Shown piece by piece: positions 25,101-37,100 of a stretch of 64,000 nucleotides of DNA (position 1 is the stretch's first letter; every line of letters begins with the position of its first letter). The notes beneath the pieces are model-generated. The model was not told the DNA's origin, made no database searches, and saw only the letters and a list, made by a program, of their open reading frames with translations. Source of the DNA: Cenococcum geophilum. Lineage: Eukaryota. The stretch lies in contig CP158635.1 in NCBI GenBank assembly GCA_050273025.1, forward strand, positions 682,001 through 746,000, given 5' to 3'. The translations under genes and the position numbers were made by a program.

Positions 25101-28100
25101 GGTGCTATTTATTTTAATATTTCTATATAAAGTACGCCTTTAGTATATAGTCTAATATATCTATCTCTATAACCGTCTTTAGTCCTAGTTAATAGATCTT
25201 AAGAACTGGCTCCTAGGTAAATAACTCTTTAATTTTCTTAAATAGTTCTTACTACTCCTTTCCCTATACCTATAGTTCTTCTTTCTTTATTAATCGTGTA
25301 AATAGTTTAATATCCTTTAACTACTACGCTATAAACCTTCTACAGTAATTGCAAAGCCCTAAGAATAATCTTAACTATATAACGTTCTCTAGTTTTTACT
25401 AATTTACTATAGCCTTAATCTTCTTTAGATCTATGCTAAGTTAGCCTAGTTTAATAATAAATCTAACAAAAACGGTCTTCCTAGTAAAGAACTCGCATTT
25501 CTTAATTGCTATTAGTATCTGTTCTTTTTATAGTCTCCTTAAGACCCATTTAACGTATTCCCCGTATTCTTCCTTAGTTATTAAGTAGATAATAATATCG
25601 TTGAGGTATACTATAACAAATTTATCTAAGTATTCTCCTAATATATTATTAATACACTTCTAGAATATTGCTAGTGCGTTTATAAGCCCAAATTATATAA
25701 CTAATAGTTTATATAGTCCTTCCTTTAACCTAAAGGCTGCTTTTTATTTATTGCCTTCCTTAATCCTAATCTAATAGTACGCCTATCTTAGATTTATCTT
25801 TATAAAGATTTACGCATTACCTATCCTATCTTAGATTTTACTAATTAAGGGTAAAGGATACCTATCCTTTCTAGTAATGCTGTTTAACTATCTATAGTCG
25901 ACATACAGCCTTAGTTTGCTATTCTTCTTTATTATAAATAGTACTAGATAACCCGCTAATAACTGCGATGGTCTAATATATCCCTTTTATAAATTTTCTT
26001 AGATAAACTCTTTTAGTACTCTACCTTCCTCTTTAGTAAGCTTATAGATTGGAAAGAACTTTAGACTTATTCTTAGTTCTAACTCTATCTTATAGTCCTA
26101 TACTGTATATTCTAACACTTTCTCACTTTTAGGTAACTATAGTTTCTTACCGTACTTATAGTATCTCTTTAGTACGTAACTTAATCCCTTATCTATTTCT
26201 TTATAGGTCGCTCCTACTTAGTACTATACTAACTTAGCTTATTATTATATCTTACGGCGTTAAGTATCTCTAATATCGACTTAACCTGTAATCTAATTGA
26301 TCCTTAGATTATATTCCTATAACTAAGGTATTTCTAATACTACCTTATCCTATCCTAATAGTAGGATATTAAAAGATATCTTAATTTGCCTTCCTTTAAT
26401 AGTTAGCTAAATAGGTCCTGTTTTAAGATTAATAATCCCTCCTCTATAGGCTATTAGATCTCCTAAAATCGTAACTAATAGGTAAGGTTACTCCTTCTGT
26501 CTATAAGGTAGTCCTATTCTTTTAACTACTGTTAGTAAGATATAGTTTCGCGTGGCTCCACTATTTATTAGCGCTTTAAACTGCTAATCTTACCATTTAA
26601 TTCTTAAATTTAGGTGTTGTCTTTAAATTCCTTTAAGGGTCTAAGGCTCTATTACTGGCTCCCTTTAGTCCTATAGGCCTCTACTTTTCCTAAATATTAG
26701 CTACTTAATCCTGCTATACTTGGCTTACTCTTTAGCTAATATCTAGTTCGCTTTTTATCTTTAATATACTATAGATACGTATTCTTTAGGCAATCCTACT
26801 ACTGTTATCCGTTTAAGCATTCTTCCGTAAGGAATCTTCCTAGTTAAAGTATTAAATCTCCTTCCTTTTAGACTTCTGCTGGATGCTATCTATGCATATA
26901 TTTAGCATTTCTGTACTATTACTCGTCTATTATCTAGTATATCCTTATAGGGTATTTCCAATTCTTTTCTTTTAGATTTTTGTGTATCTCGCATATATTA
27001 TCTATGTATGCAATCCATAATAGCGTGTAATATGCTAGATGCTTTAGGTTAACTCTTAACTTATCTTTATCTTTAAGTTTAAACCTTTATCGTGCTAATC
27101 TAAATGTTATAACTTTATTTATAGGTACTAAGATGCGTCTCTTGCTTCTTTAGTTCTCTAATGGTTTCTCTAGATCTTTTAACGTCATAATTAAGGCTCC
27201 TTTAATATAATTTATAGCCTTTTCCGTAATTGGGTGGTCTTGGATAACTTTCTTATCTAACTATATATAGAAATCTTCCTATTTATCGTTGTGCCTCTGC
27301 CTATACTACTTTTAATATAGTTGCTAGAGTATATACGGCTTATCTATAAGAAAGTATCTTCTTATTATTGCGTTATAACAGCCCTTTATATGTTGTTCTT
27401 TAAACCTAGTAGGAATTCCTAAATCCTCTTTATTTTCCAGTTTAGTAAGCCACTTAGCTCTTAGTGTGCCTATTCTTAGCCTATTAGTAATTCTTTATAC
27501 TAGCGCTCTGTCCTTTATATGTCCCACTATGCTAGATTTCTTATCTAGTTTCTATTCTTGCTATGCGATAATTCTTTGTCTAAATTCTTCTATGGTTTCT
27601 TTAGGTTTACGTCTCGCGCTTTAATCCTTAAAGTTCTCTTACTTCTTAATCTTAGTATTAACTTTTTGATTTTTAGTCTAAACACTATATTCTACTAATA
27701 AGTCCTTTAGGTTTATGTGTCTGTCTCCTAGTCTGGTTACTATTTATACTATAGATTCTCTAATCTATAAAGAAGCTCTTTGCCTCTTATCTGTAGGTGT
27801 CCTAATTTGTTCTCTAAATTCTTAGTCCCTTAGATTCTTTAATCCTAAGCTTACTTCTAACTTAAGCTTAGCTCTAGCCTTAGTCTAACTAGGCTTACTT
27901 AGTATTCTTATCTCGTCTTAAGAGTCTTAAATCTTACTTATCTTATCTTAAGAGTCTTGTGCCTGTAGGAAACTTTGTCCTAAGCTTATTTGTATATCTT
28001 TAAACTAAGCTACTACTTTGCTCTATTGGTTATTGTTTATTATAAGTCCTTAAGCTTACCTTATCTTATTTTAAGAATCTTAGTTATCTCTTATCTTATC

Positions 28101-30115
28101 TTAAGAATCTTAAGCTTTTAGCCTTTTGCCTTTATTAAGTGCTAAAGTAGTTTACTATCCTACTTTTCTTATATCTTATAAAGCGATAGACATTATGTCT
28201 AGTAGGGTTTCGATCTCTACTAATATTCCCTATTCTATAGTAGAATTATCCTCTGCTTTTAGTATAATATCTCTAATAGCTATATGTTCCTAGTAAACCG
28301 CTCTTATTACCTTATTGTTATAAAATATTTCGCCTATATTAAATTTATCGTCTTTAATATCTAATCTGCGAACTAGTTTATTAATTTCTCTATATCCTAT
28401 AGGTATTAGCTCTTATAGCTAGTAGCTTACGCCGTACTTAGCGTCCTTATAAATTTAGTATGCGTTATTATAATAAAACGCAAAACTTTTAATTAAATAC
28501 TCTTTTGTTCCTTGCAGTATATTATTATCCCTCTATATATATATGTTATCTACTATTAGTCTAGTTCCCTTTATTATATAGTATCTCTAACTATTTTTAT
28601 AATCCCTTATAAATTAACCTTATTTTCCGTAATTTATATAAGCTCCTTCTCTAAACTATTACTTTTACTATAGAGTCTGCCTAAACGTCTTCTGCTACTA
28701 AGATCCCTGGTTTAGCCTCTGCTCCTTAGACCTTTAATTACTTAATTCTTATTAGCTAGATTTCTACGGTTTCTTACTTTATCTCTTATAGGCTTCTTTA
28801 GTACTACTTAGGTCTATTAGCTCTACACTATACTATAGTTTTTAACTTAGCTTTAGTTGTTATATACTTTACGCCTTATATAACTATAGAACTCTATCCT
28901 AGCCCTTCTTAGCCTATTCCCTTTAGTAGATCTAATTATTAATCTTAATTGCTTAATCTATTAGTTCCCTTAGGGTATCCGCATCTTCTATTAGGATAAT
29001 TATATCCTAGACTTTAGCCTTAAATCCTTACTTATACTATGCTATAAGCGCCCTATTATTTTACTTAACTTATATTGCTAACGTTTAGAACTACGTTATA
29101 TACTTAATTACTAAGGTTTATTGCGTAATATCTTAGAGTTTTCTTTCCGCTATAGTTACTGCCTCTAGGTCTCCAAATATTTGTATAAGTCGCTCTATAA
29201 ATCCATTCTAGCTTAAGAATATAAACCGTACCTCTTAGTTTATAGTTATTATTCCGTTTACCTAGATTTCTATAAGGTAAGGCTTAAATTATTTAAGTGC
29301 TTTTCCTGTTAAGAATAATCCTATATATGCTATTTAATCTATAGGTATTGCCAGCTTAGCTCCCTCTTACGCGACCTTAAAGTGCATTTGCGTAAGAAAT
29401 CCTTTAAGCTTTAATCTCTCTCCTAAGTATCTTTTAATCGATAGTAACTTAACCTTTACTGCGCCTATCCCGTTAATCCTATTTTTTAACGTTATATTAT
29501 TTTCTATTAACTAGTTAACTATCTCTTATAACTATCTAACCGTTATAGGTTACTATAAGTTAGTGTCTGCTATACTAGTGTCGTTACCTAACCTTAATAT
29601 AGTTGCCGCCATTAATGGCGTTATAGTGGCTGCTTTTAGTGGCATGTTATTTAACTTATTATTATTAATACCGTAACTAGGTAGTAATTGTATAACGGAA
29701 CCTTGTAGCAAGAACTACGGTAGGTCCTATTATTAGGCTAGGTGTGTAGGAAATATAATTATAAAGTTAATAACATAATAATAACTGGTGGAGTAGTTGC
29801 CTAATAGATTAACTCTAATTATATTCTAAGAATTACTATAAGGAAGGAACTATCTAGGTAGGGACTAAGGGTCCTTAAATACACAACCGTACTCTTATAA
29901 AATCCTTCTTATACGTAATATACGTCTTATACGTGAGGTACGTAAGTTCCTCTTATTCCTCTCGTTTAATACGTAGCATGTTATGTAACCTTAGTTACCA
30001 TTCCTCATCACATAGCTCTATCGGCTCTATCCTAGACCGTGCTTAAATTAACCAACTAGCTTCTTCCGACTCTTCCCCAAGTAGTTATAACATCGTACTT
30101 AAAGCGTTTGTAACA
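22157..30115 (-). mobile_element. Ty3/Gypsy chromovirus D (7.96 kb), inserted in the primer-binding region of A; LTRs 22157-22582 and 29691-30115
   Basis: ~425-bp LTR pair, TSD CTTTA (22152-22156 / 30116-30120), PPT AAAGAGGAGGGAGATAG on the minus strand. gag from ~29645, CCHC knuckle ~28620, protease ~26560, RT VYLDDII ~25600, integrase and chromodomain YEVKWTGY ~23400. Confidence 0.92.
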
Positions 30116-31103
30116 CTTTAGATAATATTAGCGACTTAGTTAATTAAGGTATAAGTATAGTATAAGGGACATGCAAGCCTATATAATTAGATTATCTATA
30201 AACAAAAATCTAAAGCTAGAGAAAGGAAAGGAGAAGAAGAGCAGCGCCGGTTAAAATACGGTTCTTTTATATAGTCCTCTAGTTATATAACCATAAAGTT
30301 CTACTAAGTTCTATTACTAAGTTCTGCCGTTTTCTACCAGTGCCGTAATACCTACTACTAAAAATACCCCGGTCTACTATAATTAGAGGTTACTTGCTAG
30401 GTAAGTAACCCCCTCTATTATAATATTAATTAATCTTTAATATTAGAAATATTAAGCGATAAATTCTAACAGCTTAATTAAGCTAAATTATAACGTAGGC
30501 AAAGTATATAAGAGTAAAAGAGAGCTGCCGAATATCCTCTTTTAGAGGAGGCTCTCTTTAAGTGGCACTAACGCCTATAGAATTTTTGCATTTCTATTAC
30601 TAGCGACCTTATACGTGCTGCAGCCACTTAATTATAGTAATAAATACCTATATTAGCGATAAGAACTAAGCTAAAGTGGTTGCTTAGCTAGTTAAAAGGC
30701 TTTAAATCTTATAACGGTATTTATAAGAGAAAGTAGTATGGTAAGGCTGCCTTAGCTAATATAGATGGAGTAGAAGATTGTATAGTAAAGCTTTAAGTAA
30801 TTATTAAGCCTTATTTACTAAAGGATATTTACAATATAGACGAGATAGGGCTATTTTAGAAAGCTATACTAGATACTATATTAGCTATTAAGGCTCTATT
30901 AGGAATAAAGAAGTAAAAGGCATAAATCTCTCTAGGCAATTACTCTAATATAAATGGCTTAGATAAGCTTTCTTTCCTTATAATTAGCTTATTACTAAAG
31001 CTATATTGCTTCTTATATAATTATATTAATATAGCCTTAATAAATATTATATGGAGGCATAATAAGAAGGCCTAGATAATAACAGTAATTATACTTAAGT
31101 AAC

Positions 31104-34100
31104 TGTTACGGAACCCCACCGCAGGGGCCTCTATAGGAGAGCCCCGTGCTCTCGCGTACACCTCGCGTATAGCTTATGTCAGCTACGCGTAGGTATATCA
31201 CCTCCTTACGCCCTCGACCCTTACGATCGATCGCGTAACGTCTTATAGACTCCTTGAATACATACGCTTTATAGCCACTGCCCCCGTCCCATAATATTAC
31301 GTTACGCCTTTTTTACTACTAACGTTTAGCCTACGACTAATTCTACGTCTTTATAATACTGTAGGCGCTGCTAAAAGCAGCGTATTTATAAATTACCTTA
31401 CTTTATACTTCTAAGGAACCTATAATAGTAAGACAATATCCCTTATTAGCTACTATATTAAACCTAAAGAATAATCTAATACCTATACTTAACCTACAAC
31501 ACTAATTAATCCTAAGAGAATTTAATTTATTAGCCTTAGCCTTAACCCCTAAGGAGACGGACACCGATAATATCTTATTGTTTATTAACTATATAACTAC
31601 AGATAAGCAAATAGAAGGGCTACTACCTATTAAAATTAAAATATAAGACGCCAAGATATTTGTAAAAATGGTAGTATAAGACCCTAATAAATACTACCGC
31701 CTTCTATAGAACTACTACCTAAAGCTTATATAAGCTGAGATGCGTACTACCTAAGATTGCGATATTATTTAGGACCTATAAGCTTATAAGGCGCTTACTA
31801 ACAATATATATTAAGAAACTAAAGACAGCCTTTGTATATCTAAACGCGACATTTAATAGTTAAAGAAGGCTAAGATTATACTAATTGCTATAGTTACTAA
31901 AAGAGAAGGTATAATTAAATACCTATAATCTTAGCTTAATAAGTATATTTATAACAACGCTAGACACCTCTTTACTATATATAACACCACTTAAGTCTCT
32001 ACGCCCCTAGTAACTTTACCTACTTAACGCTTAACGGGGGGCTAATGCTAAGCAGCTTTACCTAATAGGAACCCCTACTAAAGTAGCAATAATAAAAGCC
32101 ATAATAATTAGACCTAAACTGCTACTATAGGGTCTAATATACGCTACCTTAATCCCCTAGTCTTTTAGGGAGACTATAAAAAATATAGCTACTAGAAGAT
32201 GCAAATCTATAAAAAAAAACTAACTTAGAGCGCCTGCCTTTTTTCTATAGAAGATATTAAAATTGGCTATATTATCGGGCGAATAAAGGGTATACTATTT
32301 AATAGACTCTTCGCCTAATAGGAGACTAGTAGCCCCTAGAAGTGGCAGTCCTACTAAGAAGTCCTTAATAATCTTAACCTAATATACTACGACTATAACC
32401 TACTAGCCACTAACCAAACTAAACTACGTGCCCTAAAGATAAGCCCTATTAAATTATTTAATAAATTCTATATTAAATTCTAGGAATACACCAGAGTTTT
32501 TACCTAAGATAATACTAAAGACTAAGAGGACCTTCTTAAAAAAGTTACTTATTGCCTTAGTTACGCAGCCGCTAGCCATAACTATAATAATATTTATAAT
32601 ATAGTAGTAGCTTTACAAAAGATCGAACGACAACTAAATTAGATTACTACTACTAACTCTTACCTAAATACCTCTCTATAAAAGCCCTTTGGGCCTACTA
32701 AACCTATATATACTAAGCCACTAATACCTACTACCTTAAGTACTACCGGAACTAATATTAATTTCTTTATACTAACCTTCCTATAAAAACTTCTAGATAG
32801 AGAATATAAGCTACTCTAAAAACTAGGACGCTGCTATAGATACCATTAAAAAGGCTATTATTATAATAACCTAAACTGCCTAATAGCTAGGTTTAGTAGC
32901 TACCGCTTAATATCTAACCTAATACCCTAAATACTAAATACGTTACTATATACCACTACCGTTTAAGATAAAGATATAGTAATAGCGGTAAAGTTAAATA
33001 CAGAAACGGAAAACGCTAAGTCCTAGCCCTAAGTCGTAGGTTAGGATACCCTAATAACGGAGGGATCTATATATCGGCTTACTTAATAGATAACTCTATA
33101 AAGATAAACGGACGAAAATAGATAGTTTTACCTATAATAGGAACTACTACCAAAAAATAATATAAAAGCCGTTCTATAATTAATTGTGGAGCTACTAATA
33201 AATTTATAAATACCTAATTTGTATGTACTTATAACCTACCTACCTTACCCTTTACTAAAGCCCGCGCCCTATAACTTGCTAATAGTAATTATACTATATA
33301 AAAGATTACCTATATAGCATAACTCTACCTAGATATAAATAGGCACTAGGAAGAACTCTGGGCCTATATTATTCCACTTACTAACTACCCTATTATCTTT
33401 AGAATAAACTAGCTTAAATAATATAACCCCGCCATTAACTAGAAGAAGAAAAAAGTAATCTTTAACTCTAAATACTATAGAGAGACTTACCTAGGGCATA
33501 GCCTAGCTACCTCTATTTACTCCCTAGGATATTAACCTAAGGAACCTCTTATTATCCTACCTATAACTAATTACTACTATATAAGTGCCCTAGCCTTCTA
33601 CCGTATAGCATATAAGAAAGGCTAAACCATTACTATAGCCTTTTAATTACAACTATATAAGCTTAATAAAGAATAGGACTATGTCCTTTATAGTAATAGA
33701 ATAGACATAGTTAACCTTCTAGAAGACGACGCCCCTACGGAACTCTACGGACTTTTACCTTTAAACTTTAAGAAGTTTATAAAGCTTAAAAAAGGACTTA
33801 CTAATAAAGAACTCTATAAGCTCCTCCTTAAGAGGTACTATAATTTTACTAATATGTGCTTATAAAAGAGCGTAGATATACTCCCCCTATATTGACCTAA
33901 TAACTATACTATTAATATTAAATAAGGAAAAATGCCACCTTATAAGAGACCCTACTTAATATTAAAAGATAAACTTCTAGTTATAAAAAAGTATATTAAT
34001 AAGCACTTTAATAAAGGATTTATTTATCCTAGTATATTACTAGCAGCTACCCTTATCCTTCTTACTAAGAAGCTAGGAGAAGGTATTTAATTCTACGTTA

Positions 34101-37100
34101 ACTATAAAGGACTTAACGCTATTACGATTAAAAACTAATACCTAGTACTGCTTATATATAAGATCCTTAAGCGGCTTAGTTAAGCCAAAATCTATATTAA
34201 GCTTAATATTATTGCTGCCTTTAACTGGCTCTAAATATAGGAAGATAGTAAATAGAAAACCGCATTCGTATTATACTTTAGCTAATTTAAATATACTATT
34301 ATGCCCTTTAGCGTATATAACGGCCTAGGCACCTTTTAAAGCTATATTAATAACGCCTTACGGGACTACCTTAATAACTTCTACTCTGCGTACCTAGACG
34401 ACATACTTATTTATAGTAATAACCTCTTTAAGTATACTAAACATATTTGAAAGGTCCTATAGCGCCTTAGGGACGTAAGACTTTATATTAATTTAAAGAA
34501 ATGCGAAACCCTAATTATAGAAGTAAAATACCTTAGACTAATTGTTATTACTAAGGGTATCTATATAGACTCTAAGAAGGTACGTATAATTACTAAATAG
34601 TAAGCCCTTAACTGCATTAAGGATATATAAGCCTTCCTTAGTTTCACTAACTTCTATTCAAATTTATATACAACTTCTTAGGCGTAGTAGTACTATTTAG
34701 AGCAATAATGCGAATAAAGGGCCTTTCTATAAAAGGAAGAAAAACGTACTTACGCTTTACCTAGATGCCTAAATGCAAGAAGGCGTTCTAAGACCTTAAA
34801 AATGCCTTTACTAAAGCACCTATCCTAGCTTACTTTACACTAAGATAACAACTCTACCTTAAAACCGACTCCTTAGACCACGTTAATGTAGGCGTTCTCT
34901 TTTAGATAGGTAATAACAGTCTTCTTTACTTAATCGTATTCTACTTATCTAAGTTTATATTATAAAAGTATAACTATAAAATCTATAATAAAGAACTCCT
35001 TATAATTATATAAGCGTTTAAAGAATTTTAACTAGAACTCTTTTTAGTAGAGCTTAATTAGCTAACTAAAGTCCTTACGGACCATTATAACCTTAAGTAC
35101 TTTATAACTATAAAGCAGCTAAACTAACGCTAAGTATATTAGAACGAGTTCCTCTCTAGTTTTAACTTTAAAATTATATATAGACTAGAAGTATAAGGTA
35201 CTAAACTTAATAGCCTAATACGCCGCTTATAAGACCTTCCTTAGTCTAAAGATAACCCTTATAATTAGTTTTAATAATAGATAATCCTAAAAGTACGAAA
35301 TTTGGCCCTAGGTATACTACCTATAATTATTACGGCTTAAACAAATACCTCTAAACCGAAGCTTAAACGAATACTATATTACAAAGATACTAAGCTAAAG
35401 AGAAGGAAAAGGGGTCGCTAGGACCGATATAAACAAATATATAGGGTGAGCCGCTAAGGCGCTAGCTTTGGGCGGGCCAAATTATAGGTTAGCAGAATAT
35501 GGCAGAATTTAGCAGGTAACGTGCGATAGCGCTATTACATCACCCCCCTCTTTAAAAGAAAAGCCTACCCTTAGGCTTAGTTAGAAATAGGGTAGGATTA
35601 TAAAATATAAAATAAGGAGATAAAGGGGGTATAAGTATATCTAGACTAAGTATAAAGGGCAATTATAGGCTAAGTAGAAGCACTAGGCTAGAAAGAGTAG
35701 CTACTAAAAGTCTTAGCACGGATCTAACTAATTAGATAACTTTAACCGGCGGTTAAAGTTCCTTAATATCTGAAATTTTACGGTACTAGCAGAAAACGGC
35801 AAAATATGGCAGAATTTGGTAGATAGCTATATTAGGGCTTTGGGGCGTTTTTGTCCCTATATTCTTCCGGTAACTTATTATCTTTATTATATTAGCATTC
35901 TATTTATTTATCTAGGTACTTTAGGGGTCTAGGTATATTAGGGTATTAGTTATAGAATTCCTTAAGCTTTTAGGGGTAGCCTATAAAGTTCTATATAGGG
36001 TACTAGGTTAGGTTAAAATTGTAGCCCTTCCATTAAATATAGTATTTTAGCGTTCCCCGTACTATCTTATAGGCCAGTATTTTATTAACCTCCTATTTAT
36101 TATCACCGTTTACTTAAACTAGTAGGAAAGGCTTGTTCTTTTGTCTAGGTAATAGGTTATTTATAGCTTTCCGTAACTTATCTAGTAAAAAGATAGGGTA
36201 AACCCTAATTAAATCTAGGAGCTTTATCTTATATAAGTTGCCTATCTTCTTAAGAACTTTATATAGTCCTACTATCTAATAGTCCAGCTTATAGCTAGGT
36301 TATTCGGTCTTCTAATTCCTTATTATAACTTATACTATATCGCCAGGGGCAAAATCGGGCTCTTAACGGTGTTTGTTCGCCTACTATTCTATTAACCTCT
36401 AAGCTTTTTCTAGGTTCTCGTGGGCTACTATCTAGGCTTCCTCTAATCGTTTAGCGTACTATTAGGCCTTAGTATAGGATAGCTTTTTTTGTATAGTCTA
36501 GGGTTCTTCTAGCCTTTTCTAGTTAAAGCTTATATGGGGTAAGTATCCCATTTCTAGCTAAATTAGGGTAAACCCTGTAGAGTTATAGGGTAAGGTTGCT
36601 TGCGCGTAGTCTATTAAGGGTAGTAGTTTAGACCAGTTATCCTAAAAATAGTTAATAAAGGGCCTAAGCCTTTAGTCTAGGTACTAATTTATAATCTCTA
36701 TCTAACCGTCTATCTAGGGGTAATAAGCCGTAGAAAGCTTTAGCTTAATACCTAGGATTTAGGTAAACTTATTCCAGAAGGCCGATATAAACTATAGCCT
36801 ATAATTAGATATAATAGTATCTAGTAGTCTGTAGATTTAGTAGACGTAATAAATATATAGCCGGGCTACCTCTTTAGTATTAATATTCTTATAACAGGGA
36901 ATTAAGAATAGGCGTTTACTAAAGCGGTTAACTATAACTATAACTATATTATATCTGTTATGGTCCCTAGGTAGTTTATAAAAGTCTATAAAGATATACT
37001 ACTAAGGGCGCTCTAGTATTAAGAGTGGCTTAAGTAGTCCTAGGGTCTTATCCTATAGGATTATAGCTCTCTAGCAGTCTTTACAGTTCTATATATATCG

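Larger units (their letters stand above)
6273..30350 (-). mobile_element. Ty3/Gypsy chromovirus A (~5.9 kb native), RIP-degraded; LTRs 6273-6497 and 30126-30350
   Basis: 225-bp LTR pair, TSD CCTAC (6268-6272 / 30351-30355), polypurine tract (PPT) next to the left LTR. Minus-strand gag with CCHC knuckle (~20970), protease, RT AYLDDII (~19270), RNase H ETDAS, integrase and chromodomain (~8400-8500). Confidence 0.93.

Noticed and set aside
30401..30410. GTAAGT as an intron donor in the pogo transposase
   Set aside because: The frame continues through it into an HTH-like sequence (NINQSSISEIL after de-RIP), so no intron is needed.
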